Origin: Eledone cirrhosa
Lineage: Eukaryota
Direction of reading: 5' to 3'
Length of the DNA stretch: 64,000 nucleotides
Assembly: GCA_964016885.1 (NCBI GenBank)
Contig: OZ024746.1
Coordinates: forward strand, 71,052,001-71,116,000
A program made the translations under genes and the position numbers. This document shows, piece after piece, positions 1 through 12,134 of this stretch; position 1 is the stretch's first letter, and every line of letters starts with the position of its first letter. The notes under the pieces are model-generated. The model made no database searches and was not told where the DNA came from. It worked only from the letters and a program-made list of their open reading frames with translations.

Positions 1-317
1 CCCAAAATGCCGTGTTTCTTAGCTATATTTTAATATTATGTTTAAATATATATTCATACTGAATATATGATCTTGGTGCGTAACTCATTTAGCCTATAAG
101 TAAATCTAGTGCTGTTTTCCAACTCTCTCGTATGTAAACTTGATCCAAGGATGCATTTTGATATTTTGTGGTGATTAGTCGAAATTAAAAGGCTATGACG
201 CGACACTCAAAGACTGTTTGAATCGTTATTAAACAGGACCCGGGTACTTTTTCAACACGAAGACCCATTTTTAGCTAAAAACGTAAAAAGATGACAATTA
301 AGGCTATCAGTGTCGTA

Positions 318-500
318 CTGGCAGTACCGGTAGAGGGTCGGACGCCATTCTTTGCAGCATAGAGTTACGGCCCTTGTCATTCTGAGTTCAAATCCCGCTG
401 AGGTTAACTTTGCCTTTCATCCTTACGGGGTCGATAAAATAAAGTGCCAATAATGCAGTGGGTAATTGCTGGCCTTGTGCCAAAAGTAGAAACAATTATT
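318..500 (+). mobile_element. tRNA-derived SINE, main family of this window (octopod-type)
   Basis: A-box-like TGGCAGTACCGG, B-box GAGTTCAAATCC, central GCCTTTCATCCTTACGGGGTCGATAAAAT, tail GGCCTTGTGCCAAAAGTAGAAACAATTATT; about 25 copies in the window. Confidence 0.85.
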
Positions 501-544
501 TATTGAGTTTCTAATTTAGACCAACAATTTTTTTTATGGTGGTC

Positions 545-1525
545 GGGAGTGAGATGATGAAATCCACTGTAGTTCTCAACTGATACTTTATTTTATCGAC
601 TCCGGAAAGCTGAAAGGCAAAGTTGGTCTCAGTTAGATTGGAACTCAGAACGTAGAAAGTCGTAACTAAGCATTTTTGTGTCACGTTCTACTGCCAATTT
701 ACCGTTCTATTTTTAGTTAATAATGGTTTCTGATATAGGCACAAGGCCAGCAATTTCGTGGGTGGAGGGTGGGGGGAGTCGACTAAATCTATCCCAATAT
801 GTTACTGACACTTTATTTTATTTACCCTGTAAGGATGAAAGGCAAAGCTAACCTCAGCGGGATTTGAACTCAGAACGTAAAGGGCCGTAACACTATGTCG
901 TGTAGCATGTTGTCCGACGCTCTACCGGTACTGCCAATCGACCGCCCTATTTTTAGCTAACAATGATTCCACACTAAGTACAAGGCCAATAAATACGGGG
1001 AAGGGAAAAGTCGATTAAATTGAATCTACTACAACCTTGAAATGTCGAAAGATGAAGTTGACTTCGGTGGGATTTGAACTCAGAACGTAAAGGGCGGAAA
1101 CATTTTGTCTGACGCTCTAACGATTTTATCAACCCATCACCTCCCGGAACCACAAAATTATAAGCAAAAATACATACAAGTACAAGAAATATTGTATTTA
1201 ACTGACTTTTTTTTTACTCAGTGCGAATCTTATCTGAAGTCGCTTCAATGTCCCATCATAAGTTGTGACATATTAATACAAGATTGTAGATTTATTAGAA
1301 TAGAACAATGGTTTCTGATTTAGGTACAAGGCCAACAATTTTGAGTGAGGAGAAATTTGATTTAACCGAACCCAGTGTGTTACTGGTGCTTTATTTTATC
1401 GATCCCGCAATGAAGAAAGGCAAATCTAACCTTGGTGGGATTTGAATTCAGGGCGTAAAGGGACGTAACTATATGCCGTGAGGCATGTTGTCCGACGCTC
1501 TACCGATACTGCCAATTCACTGCCC
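545..1525 (-). mobile_element. cluster of four older, diverged copies of the main SINE
   Basis: Repeated reverse-complement B-box (GATTTGAACTCAGA) and central domain at about 545-715, 722-950, 960-1140 and 1308-1525; longer subfamily with an extra segment before the tail. Confidence 0.75.
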
Positions 1526-1594
1526 TTGTCTGTTCTTTTTTGTTCTCAGAAGTAGCCGTACTCGGACACCTGTTGGCTTTCTCTATGTATGTAT

Positions 1595-4589
1595 GTTCTG
1601 GTTTTATAATTTCACAATTTTTTTTTTGCCAATAGAGAGAGTCGGTTTCTAACATAGACACAATTCATTGGAATTTACACAACATCAACTAGGTAGATGT
1701 GTATGCATGTCTGCATGCATGCATGTGTAGATATGGATGTGTATGTTTTGAGTTGTATGTGTGCATGTGTATATGCTTTGTATCTGTACATGTGTATATG
1801 CAGTTATTAGATGCAACGTTTTTGGAATGTTTTACATATTTTTACTGTTCCATTAATGGATTGTACTTGTAATTTCCTAACTAGTTGTGTTCTTTCTGTT
1901 CCTGTGAAGCCCAGCTTCTCAAGATTTGTTTTGAGGCGGTTACTAACATATCCCAGTGCCCCAATAATCACAGGCATAAATCTGAAGATATAATCAGGTG
2001 GAGTATCTGCAGATTTCTCATCAGTTCTGCATAAATATTCTCCTTTTCGCTAATCTTTGATATATATTGGCATCTGCTGGGCAGCTAACTTCCACTACTG
2101 TGCATGCTTTCTTCTCCCTGTCCCATATCATTATATCTGGTCTGTTATGCCTGCATTTTATTGGGGTTTTTACTGGAACATTCCACCAGTACTCTTTCAT
2201 ATTATGTATAAATGTATGTCTTCCACATTGCTGTAGCTTTTAATGTGTTTATTATCGGGGCTATCTTTTCTACGGATTGCATTGTACAGTGTTTTGGCCA
2301 CTACATCATGCCTCATAGGTAGATAGTACCGCGATGACATCTTTGGACAGCTGCTTATGACATGGGTGACATCTTCGATGTTAATTCTGCAGAGTCTGCA
2401 TTTGTTATCACGTCTAGGTGTTTTGCTGCATCCCTGTCTCTTTTGTGAATCAGGTATTTCGTGTTGATTTTCTGTTCTTGGATTGCAAAAGCGTATCCTT
2501 CAAAGTGGGAGCCAATATAGCGATTGTTGGTCCAAGATAGACTACTTTTCTTATCTATATTACTCTCACTCTGGAGCTTCCTGGCAACATATCCATGCAT
2601 GATTTTTTGTTGATAACCATGCAGTTTTTCATCCATGGATTCACTGCGATACTGCTGAGCAACTTCCCTGGGTGTGAGTTTTTGATTATCACCCAGGGAA
2701 TACCTCTCGAGGAGTTTCTTCCCAACTCTCATGGTCTTATCTTTTTCATGCAGATAGATTTGCTCGAGAGACGGGCTCCTACGCTTTGAGGTTCGTAGAT
2801 GTTGTCGGAAGGATATGATGCGACATTCAAATGCTGTCTGGACTGATGTTAGGCCTCTGCCTCCCTGCTTACGTTTCAAGTAAAGGCGGGCTATGTCACT
2901 GTTGATGTGGAAGTTTCCGGTGTTGTTTAGTATTATTCGAGTTCTAGCATCAATCGCTCGGATTTCGTCTATCGTCCAATTGAGTATTCCAAACGTTGGT
3001 GTTAGGACAGGCACAGCAAACATATTGTGAGCCACTGTTTTGTTTTGCGCAGAGAGTTCCGATGACCATATCTTTCTTAATCGGGTGTAGTATTCCTTAG
3101 TTACGCGTTCCTTATTACGGATACCATTATAGGATATGTTCTCATCTATCCCCAGGTATCTGTAGCAGTCCTCATCAGATATTGGTGAAACAGTTAGGCC
3201 ATTGATGACAATGTTGCTAGATTGGGTTGTTGTTTTCCCTCGCTTTACAGTCATATATGAGCATTTACCTTGACCAAACTCCATTCCTATATCCTTTGAG
3301 AATGTTGTAACCAGGTCAAGATTTTTCTTCATCCCATCCATGTTCTTGGCATAGAGTTTCAGATCGTCCACAAAGAAATTATGGGTTAGGTTCGTATTTC
3401 TGTCTTCCTGTGAGCCAATGATGTATCCTTCACATTTCTTGAGCAGAAAGGACAAATGATTTAATGACAGAATGAATAATATCACAGAGAGACTGTCTCC
3501 CTGAAATATGCCCCTGCGATATTTTATTTTATCAGTGAAAATAGAGTCCTCTTTCTCTGTCTTTAACTTTAGGATAGTAGCCCAAGAAGAAGACAGCTTC
3601 TCTATGGCTCTGAAAATAATGTCTGGGACTTTAGCAAGTCGGAGGGCCTCTATCATCCAAGAGTGGGGAATAGAATCAAAAGCATTCCTGTAGTCCATCC
3701 AGACTGTAGCCATATTCCTCCTAAGTTGTCGCACCTCCGACATCGCAGTTTTGTTGATTAGGAGTTGTTCAGCACAACCCAAACCCCTTTCTTTCCAGCT
3801 GCTTGTTCATCTGTGATGATTTATTATTTTCACAGTGATCTTGGCGGAATAAGTTCAGGCAGGCTGTATACATCTTATACATCAGGTTCTGGCATGCAAT
3901 GGGTCGGTAGTTTTTGCCAGGTGGGTGTCTTTGTTCTTGGGGACCAGTAATGTTTGTGCTAATGTCAACCATTCTGGTATAAGTGTATCTCCCTTAAGAA
4001 CTTGTTGGTAGAGGTCGGTAAGATATCTCCGATAGAATATCAGTTTTTTTGTACCAGTAGCCGACAATCATGTTTCTTCCTGGTGTTTTCTTATCTTCGA
4101 GTTTTCCTATCACAGTCTCAAGTATTTCGTATGTTTTTGTTGTGGTGTAGGAGCAATAGTTCTTTTGGATTTCTTTTAGCCACACTGCATCTTGGTTGAA
4201 ATTCTTCTTTTCACCCCATGTTTTTTTTTCCAAAAGGAATCTATGTCTTTCTGGGATGGGGTCTCAGTGACACTTATTATTTTGCCTTTCATATATCTAT
4301 AGACTGATGTTTGGTTTCGTCTGAATCTTTTATTAAGCACTTTTCTTTCATCTACCTTCTTCAGGTATCGGCGTTTTTCGCTCACAGCTCTCAATTCTTG
4401 TTAGAGGGTGATCAGCTTATATTGAAGAGTTCTGGTTCTACTGTTACCAAACATCGTCTCTATTTTATTTTTCACTCTTTGTTGGTGAGGAGTGAAGTTT
4501 TTTTGTGTTTGTTTGCATGTAAGGAGCATTGTCACATATCCTATGTTTTTTCGTAGGTCAGCAATCTTTTTTCCTATTTTAGTTATATA
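1595..4589 (-). mobile_element. R4/Dong-clade non-LTR retrotransposon, 3' part (RT + CCHC + RLE endonuclease), frameshifted
   Basis: RT motifs GIFQGDSLS and FFVDDLKLY; downstream frame gives CRLCRINIEDVTHVISSC, RHD and HNRPDIMIWD...VEVSCPAD; 3' UTR abuts (CATA)n. Confidence 0.88.
2355..3782 (-). pseudogene. reverse transcriptase ORF fragment of the R4/Dong element
   Basis: 475 aa ORF with WMDYRNAFDSIPH, QGDSLS, FVDD and YRYLG; frameshifts on both sides. Confidence 0.88.
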
Positions 4590-4879
4590 CTAATAGAATG
4601 GCCTGGCGTTGCTCGGGATTTGCTCTAGGGTTCTTATATATTTGATATATATTTATCCTTATCGAGCCTCGTGAAATAAATACGTTTGTTTATATTTTGT
4701 TATTGTGTATGCAAAAATATCTGTACACGAATATATAATTATATATATATAAATATATATATTAAAATAACAGATTAAAGTTTAAGCAAAGAATCGCTGC
4801 TTTCACCCTTAACGGGATCTTCTGAAATTAAAAAAATCAATCTGTGAACGCAGAAGTAAATATTTCGAAAAACGGTACA

Positions 4880-4941
<62 letters not shown>

Positions 4942-5265
4942 TATATATATATATACATATATATACACACACACATATAGCGTCATAATGTCGTAATGCA
5001 GACAGCCAGACATACAGACAGATATAAGGGCGCAACGTTATATCTATGTATCTATCTAAAAAGAAAGACTAAGAATTATAGAGAGAGATCGCTAAATCGC
5101 CTAATGCGGCCCTAGAGCATTGAACATTTAAAATATGTTTTGCTCAAAACACTCACAGGACCATAAGTATTACATGTGTAAAGTTTGAAAACAATCGGTT
5201 GGGTGGTTCTCGAGTTTTAGGGAGTCAGACAGACAGACAGACATTCTCTGTTTTAGATATATAGA
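4590..5265 (-). mobile_element. non-autonomous Helitron-like element A, inserted in the Dong LINE
   Basis: Minus strand starts TCTATATATCTAAAAC, has (CTGT)n near the 5' end, and ends CCCGAGCAACGCCAGG hairpin + TTAG; layout of Lep1-like Helitron derivatives. Confidence 0.65.
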
Positions 5266-6163
5266 CTAGCAGAAAACCACCCGGTGGGCGGTTTTCTGCT
5301 AGCAAATCTAGTGTATATACTGATATTGTTGAGATTTGGATGAGAAATGTTTTCGGCACCACATGTTCACCGTCTCTCGGTGTGTCTTTTATGCATGTAT
5401 AAATATATATGTTATCTATACGGTGAAATCTTTGAAATAAATATATGTTAAAACGAAAAAGGAGAAAATAAATAACTGGCGGTTAGAAAAAAATATTCCT
5501 ATGAAATTTTAATCATACCATTAGGTATGAATAAGGAAATATTTTTTTTATTATCAAAACAAATGTTCAAAAGTTAAACTTCAATTTTTTGAATTATTTC
5601 CAATTTTTTCATGAAATTGAACACTGGATATTGGCTGCTGGAAATGGAAATTAAATCGTATTTAATTGTATTTAAATTTCTAACCTTATTTTATTATTTA
5701 TATTTTTTTAATAAGAAATAAAAAAAAACAACAAAAAAAAATTGAAGAAAAAAATTGAACAAATCAAGCGTAGGTTATGGAACTGCGCAATCTGATTAAT
5801 AAATTACCTCATCAGCAGCAACCTTCTTCAAATGGTCCTTATTATCAGCAGCAACAACCACAAATTCAATGGCAACCTTCTTCGCATGGTGTCAAGTCAG
5901 AACCGCCTCGAACTGGTTACCTCTGGCTTGTGCAAGGTGTCTCTATAGCAACCAGCGATTCCCTCGGCCTCAGTGACCAAAGTCAGTGGAGAGGGGAAGG
6001 TAATGTTTCTGTAGCACGTGTTTTAGCGTCTATTCACTCTCTCTCCCTCTCGCTATCCCCCTCTCGTAGTCTGTCTCTTTCTTTCACTCTCACTCTCTCT
6101 CTATGCACGTGTTTCCACTGTCGGACAGACAGACAGAAATTGCTGGTTATATATATAAGTAGA
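5266..6163 (-). mobile_element. non-autonomous Helitron-like element B
   Basis: Minus strand starts TCTACTTATATAT, has (CTGT)n, and ends in a GC hairpin + CTAG (5266-5302). Confidence 0.6.
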
Positions 6164-6182
6164 TGAGTTTTAGATATATAGA

Positions 6183-7280
6183 TGATGGTATTTTTGGTGG
6201 TGTTTTGTTCTTGTTAATATCTCTGCTATCACCAAGATAATGATTCACTGTCGTTGCTAAGATATATAAACAGGCGTTGATTTGCCAAAATGTTGGGGTT
6301 TTTATCCGTTGTAAATATTCATACCCTATTTCGTCAATAACACGTAATATTTCATTATTTGGTTTTTATTAAATATTGTTGTTTTAATACGTTCAGCAAG
6401 AGAAATACATGAATTAATTTTCTCTCTGGAAGATTTCGTTGAGGGAAATTTTCAATTGTTTATACTTTTGATTATTATCATTATCGATAGTATTTTCCAC
6501 AACAGTCGAGGTAGACTCGGATGGTACACGTGGTGTCAAATTTCTTGGATTATTATTATTATTTCTTCGATTATTATTAGTATCGATAGTGTTTTCCCCA
6601 GCATTCGTGGTAGACTTAGATGGTACACGTGATGTCAAATTTCTTACAGGCATAGTTGTCAAGGCACTGTTCGACCTGGCTGCTAGGAAGTCTAGTAGCA
6701 TGGCGACCTGTAGCACGTGTTGTTGATTCCATGTTTGTTGTGGGCGACTTATAATTAATAATATTTATCTTATTTTTACGTTCAACAAACGTCGCTTGTT
6801 GGCGTAATTGTTTCGCTGTGAAGTGATTTAGCTCTGGGTGTATTTCGTCCCAGTGTAGCTTCATTCAGTTCATATAGCCAATGGAGGATTGTTTTTTGCC
6901 ATTTTATAACAATTAAATAAATCATCATTAAGTTCGCAACTCTAAGAGAAATGCGATTTATAATTTCAGTTTCTTCTGTAGCTACAACTGAATAAATTTT
7001 GTTTACCTTTCTCGTTTTTCTTCGGTACTCCACTGATGTTGTTGATGTTGTGTTCAGCCATGCTGTTTGTAGCAAATCCTTGTAAAATGAATTATGTATT
7101 TAGTCGGATATCTCTACGAATTCGAATAAAAGGTGTCTTCAGTAGATATAGTTAGAAGAATATCCAGTTATTCAACATAACTGTTAGTTGTGGCATTACT
7201 GTCGGAGATAGTATTCATCTTAAATTTAATGAATAGTCTCCGACACCAAAATATGCGACTGATCGCGTTGACTGACTATA
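6183..7280 (-). mobile_element. 5' part of the R4/Dong element (N-terminal region)
   Basis: Fragment MKLHWDEIHPELNHFTAKQLRQQATFVERK resembles R4/Dong N-termini; same strand and collinear with 1595-4589. Confidence 0.65.
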
Positions 7281-7286
7281 TAGCAA

Positions 7287-7381
7287 TAATTGTTTCTACT
7301 TTAGGCACAAGGCCAGCAATTACCCAGTGCATTACTAGTACTTTATTTTATCGACCCCGTAAGGATGAAAGGCAAAGTCAA
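7287..7381 (-). mobile_element. 5'-truncated main-family SINE
   Basis: Reverse complement of the central domain and tail. Confidence 0.85.
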
Positions 7382-7399
7382 ATGTATGTATGTATATAT

Positions 7400-7707
7400 G
7401 TTCTTCTTTTTCGTAAATATCATCTTGGTTAAGAGAGTGGGACTGGCTTTGTGCAGTGCCTTTGCTCACTATAAAAGCTTCACGGCGCAGGCATTGCTTT
7501 ATATCTGGAGATCTCTCTGCACTTGTCGTCACATGGTACCATGGGCCCAGCACTATGTGTCAATAATTGTCACAAGTGTAGTGTTTGTACCAGAGTTTTC
7601 AAGTCGCTGGCTGGACTAAAAATAACACTCGTTTAGCGCATCGGTAAGGGTTCTCCTACATGGATATAAAGTAGTGGCCGTACTCGAAAACGAGTTGGCA
7701 GCCACTG

Positions 7708-7708
<1 letters not shown>
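7400..7708 (+). mobile_element. RTE-derived non-autonomous element, family A, 5'-truncated
   Basis: Near-identical to 21212-21598, 27185-27790, 56479-57087 and 63007-63514; encodes C2H2 remnant HKCSVCTRVFKSLAGLK; followed by (TATG)n. Confidence 0.8.
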
Positions 7709-7739
<31 letters not shown>

Positions 7740-7860
7740 TGTATGTATGTATGTATGTATGTATGTATGTATGTATGTATGTATGCAGGAAGGTATGCAT
7801 GTATGTACGTATGTATGTACGTATATACGTATGTAGGTATGCATGAATATATGTATGTAT

Positions 7861-7976
7861 GTTCTTGTTTTATTATTTTTACCAATAAAGAAACAGCTGC
7901 TTTCTAACACATAAACAAGGCTCTTTTATTTGAATTTAGACAACGTCAACTAAGTAACTATGTGTGTCTAAGTAAT

Positions 7977-8034
<58 letters not shown>

Positions 8035-8037
8035 TGT

Positions 8038-8099
<62 letters not shown>

Positions 8100-8420
8100 G
8101 TATGGTTGTCATTGTATATGCGATTCCATATATTTTGAGTTATATGTGCACATACACATGTGTTTCTGTATCTATACGTGTGTATATGCAACCATTACAT
8201 GCTAAATTTTTAGAATGTTTTACACATTTTTGACAGTTCCATTAAAGGACTGTATATGTAATTTCCTAATTAACTGTTCTCTTTCTGGTTCTATGGAAGC
8301 CAACCCCTCAAGATTTGTGCTGAGGCAGTTAGTAATATATTCAAGCACCGCTGTGATCACAGGTACACATCTAAAGCTATAATCATGGTCGAGTATCTGC
8401 AGGTTCCTCATTAGTTCCGC
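7861..8420 (-). mobile_element. R4/Dong 3' fragment (second subfamily) in a (TATG)n array
   Basis: AELMRNLQIL...YSFRCVPVI...LIRKLHIQSFNGTVK matches the C-terminus at 1810-2030; (TG)n expansion in the 3' UTR. Confidence 0.75.
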
Positions 8421-8932
8421 ATGTATGTATGTATGTATGTATGTATGTATGTATGTATGTATGTATGTATGTATGTATGTATGTATGTGTGTGTGTGTAT
8501 GTGTGTGTGTGTATGTATGGATGTATGTATGTATGTGTGTGTGTATGTGTGTGTGTGTATGTATGTATGTATGTATGTATGTATGTATGTGTGTATGTAT
8601 GTGTGTGTGTATGTATGTATGTATGTATGGAGTCAACGGCCATCCAAAAGTGTGTAAATATGTATACACACATGTACATATGTATGTATATGTATATGTG
8701 TATATACATGGGTGCTACCTTTGTCAGGGCATTCTTCTAGGAGAAGGTAACTCAGGAGACCGGGATAACTCCGATATAAAACCTGCGGCTCAGTAGTTAC
8801 CGATGATGTTGATCTTTTCTTCTTTTCGGGTTATAGCTACTGTCGCTCAGAGAGTGGGATTGGCTCAGTACACAGTCTTTCTTCACTTTAAAAAATATCT
8901 TCACGCACAGGCATTGCATGATAGAATTAATT

Positions 8933-9120
8933 AATTGTTTCTACTTTAGGCACAAGGCCAGCAATTACCCAGTGCATTACTGGTACTTTATTTTATCGAC
9001 CCCGTAAGGATGAAAGGCAAAGTCAACCTCGGCGGGATTTGAACTCAGATCGTAAAGGGACGTAACTATGCTGGAAAGCATGGCGTCCGACCCTCTACCG
9101 ATACTGCCAATCCACCGCCC
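8933..9120 (-). mobile_element. full-length young SINE with target-site duplication
   Basis: Flanked by a direct repeat of about 19 bp (CATGATAGAATTAATTAAT); empty site visible near 21100-21120. Confidence 0.9.
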
Positions 9121-9150
9121 ATGATAGAATTAATTAATAATTATTAATAA

Positions 9151-9421
9151 TTGTTCCTGCGTTGGGCACAGGGCCGGCAATTGCCCGGTGCATTGCTGGT
9201 GCTTTGTTTTATCGACCCCGTAGGGATGAAAGGCAATGGTAGATTGGCAGTATCGGTAGAGAGTCGGACGCCATGCTTTGACGCATGAAGTTACGGCCCT
9301 TGCCATTCTGAATTCAAATCCCGCCGAGGTTAACTTTGCCTTTCATCCTTACGGAGTCGATAAGGTGGAGTACCGGTGAGGCGTTGGGTGGTTGCTGGCC
9401 TTGTGCCAAAAGTAGAAACAA
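9151..9421. mobile_element. inverted SINE pair (inverted 3' half + forward full copy), A-to-G hypermutated
   Basis: 9151-9236 is complementary to about 9336-9421; flanked by AATTATTAATAAT on both sides. Confidence 0.9.
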
Positions 9422-9480
9422 TTATTAATAATGGTATATCGTGCAATGGCCATACTCGATAACGAGGGGGCAGCCATCAT

Positions 9481-10291
9481 GTATGTATGTGTGTATGTAT
9501 GTATGTATGTATGTATGTGTGTATGTATGTATGTGTGTGTGTGTGTATGTGTATGTATGTATGTATGTATGTATGTGTGTGTATGTATGTATGTATGTGT
9601 GTGTGTATGTATGTATGTATGTATGTATGTGTGTATGTGTGTGTGTATGTATGTATGTATGTATGTATGTGTGTATGTATGTGTGTGTATGTATGTATGT
9701 ATGTATGTATGTATGTATGTATGTATGTATGTGTGTGTGTATGTATGTATGTATGTATGTATGTATGTGTGTATGTATGTATGTATGTATGTATGTATGT
9801 ATGTATGTATGTGTGTGTGTGTGTGTGTATGTATGTGTGTATGTGTGTGTGTATGTATGTATGTGTGTATGTATGTATGTATGTATGTGTGTATGCATGT
9901 GTGTGTGTGTATGTATGTATGTATGTATGTATGTGTGTATGTATGTATGTGTGTGTGTGTGTATGTATGTGTGTATGCGTGTATGTATGTATGTATGTAT
10001 GTATGTATGTATGTATGTATATATGTGTGTGTGTATGTATGTATGTATGTATGTATGTATGTATATATGTGTGTATGTGTGTGTATGTATGTATGTATGT
10101 ATGTATGTGTGTGTGTATGTATGTGTGTGTATATGTGTGTGTGTATGTATGTATGTATGTATGTATGTATGTATGTATGTATGTATGTATGTATGTGTGT
10201 ATGTATGTGTGTATGTATGTATGTGTGTATGTGTGTGTGTATGTATGTATGTATGTATGTATGTGTGTGTGTATGTATGTATGTATGTGTA

Positions 10292-10324
<33 letters not shown>

Positions 10325-10382
10325 GTGTGTATGTATGTATGTATGTATGTATGTATGTATGTATGTATGTATGTATGTATGC
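9481..10382. repeat. (TATG)n/(TG)n compound microsatellite
   Basis: Direct inspection; similar arrays at 7709-7860, 8421-8627, 26760-27184, 62111-62635 and 63520-63735. Confidence 0.97.
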
Positions 10383-11647
10383 ATGGTGTTTACATCCGAT
10401 ATCGAACCTCAGGCAGCATATTTAACATCAGGCGCTTTGCTGCGAAGACAAAAGTATTTACATCAATCATAAGAGACCTCTTGTATGCAGATGATTGCGA
10501 TCTTGTAGCGCACACAGAGAGTGATATGCAGCACATTTTGAATGCATTTTCTGATGCTTGCACTGCCCTAGGATTGACTGTCAGTCTCAAGGAAACCGTC
10601 GTCATGTACCAACCTGCCCCTGGTAAGCAGTACACTGAACCAAACATCTATGTGTATGGCAAACGACTTGGAGTGGTTGATCAGTTTGTCTACCTGGGAA
10701 GCACTGTCAATCGATACAGCAACCTTAGGATTAGGAAAGCAAGTGATGCTTTCGGAAAGCTAGAAAGGCGACTCTGGGGTCGGCGAGATATATGCAGGAG
10801 GACAAAGGTGAAGGTGTACAGGGCATGTGTGTTCTCTTGTCTTCTTTATGCCTGCGAGACCTGGGTCACATATCGACACCACCTTAAGCAATTGGAGCGT
10901 TTCCATCAGATGTGTCTCAGACGGATCCATGGCGTTCACTGGAGGGACCACATCAGTGATGTCGAGATTTTGGAAAGCTCTATGTGTGACAGTATAGAAG
11001 CTCTTGTGCTTAAGCAACGACTCCGTTGGAGTGGTAACCTTGCCAGGATGAAGGATTCTAGAATACCAAAACAACTCTTTTATGGAGAGTTGGTTAAAGG
11101 AAAACGACCGCCACATAAACCAAAAAAGAGGTATAAGGATTCCTTGAAAGCCTCTTTGAAAGACGCTCACATCTCTGCTGATACATGGGAGAATATTGCT
11201 GCTGATCGTAATAAATGGAGAAAGACTGTATATGAGGGAAAAGTTGCCTTTGAGGCATCTCGAATCGCATACGAGAAAGTAAAGCGGGATGTGAGGAAGG
11301 GCATTGCTGTTGCACTTCCAGACGGCGAGGGTCCTCCTATGGTGCTGACATGCAGCGTCTGTGCGAGACTCTGCCTAAGCAAAGCTGGACTCGAAAGTCA
11401 TCTTCGCAGTCATATAGTAAGACCAGTGGTTGACTACCAGGCTGCTGTTGGAGATGCTACTCATCATGCTTGCCAAACATGTGGTAGAGAATGTAAATCA
11501 GCAGGAGGGCTCAAGCGACATGCAAAAGTACACGAACTCCAACCACAGCCGACTATTCCCAGTGAATGTTTTGGTTGCCGACTCTGTGCAAGACATTTTA
11601 GATCATTGGCTGGGCTAAAAAGCCACATTCGATCGCAGCGCTGTTAG
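10383..11647 (+). mobile_element. 5'-truncated RTE-clade LINE (RT C-half + three C2H2 zinc fingers)
   Basis: DLLYADDC, FVYLGS, LLYACETW, RLRWSG and PKQLFYGEL motifs typical of RTE/BovB-like ORFs; open to the stop at 11647. Confidence 0.92.
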
Positions 11648-11655
11648 TTGCTATC

Positions 11656-11689
<34 letters not shown>

Positions 11690-12134
11690 GCTTATGTGTG
11701 TGCGTGTGTGTGTATATATATATGTATATGTATATTATTATTGTTGTTGTCGTTATTATTATGGCTGTTATGATTATTATTATTATTATTGTTATTAATG
11801 TGTGTGTGTGTGTGTGAGTGTGTGTGTGTGTGTATGTATATGTGTATATATACATACATATATATATATATATTTTTTTTTTTTCTTTTTCTTTTTATTT
11901 ATTTATTATTATTATTATTATTATTGGCGACCTACGTAGTAAATCGTATCATCGTGAGCTCCGCAAAGGTTTGTTATTTCCGTTTGTTAAAAATTGTCCT
12001 TTATGGAAAATTTTATTGTTAACTGTTTATAAGCGCACATACATTGTTTTCCGAAAAGGACACCCAAAAAGATTGGGGCCTTGTGCCCAAAATTTAAACT
12101 TTTATGATTATCAAAACATTTCTTTGAAAAAAAA

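Larger units (their letters stand above)
8628..9480 (+). mobile_element. RTE-derived non-autonomous element, family B, with nested SINEs
   Basis: Homologous to 20870-21180 and 63738-64000; TCTAGGAGAAGGTAACTC motif; 3' end GTGCAATGGCCATACTCGATAACGAGGGGGCAGCCATCAT + (GTAT)n. Confidence 0.8.

Noticed and set aside
5777-6166. Gln-rich 129-aa ORF as a captured host gene
   Set aside because: No recognisable domain; runs into (CT)n inside a Helitron-like element
9431-11647. 738-aa ORF as a novel repeat-RT fusion protein
   Set aside because: The N-terminal MYVC repeats are a stop-free (TATG)n tract that happens to be in frame with a 5'-truncated RTE
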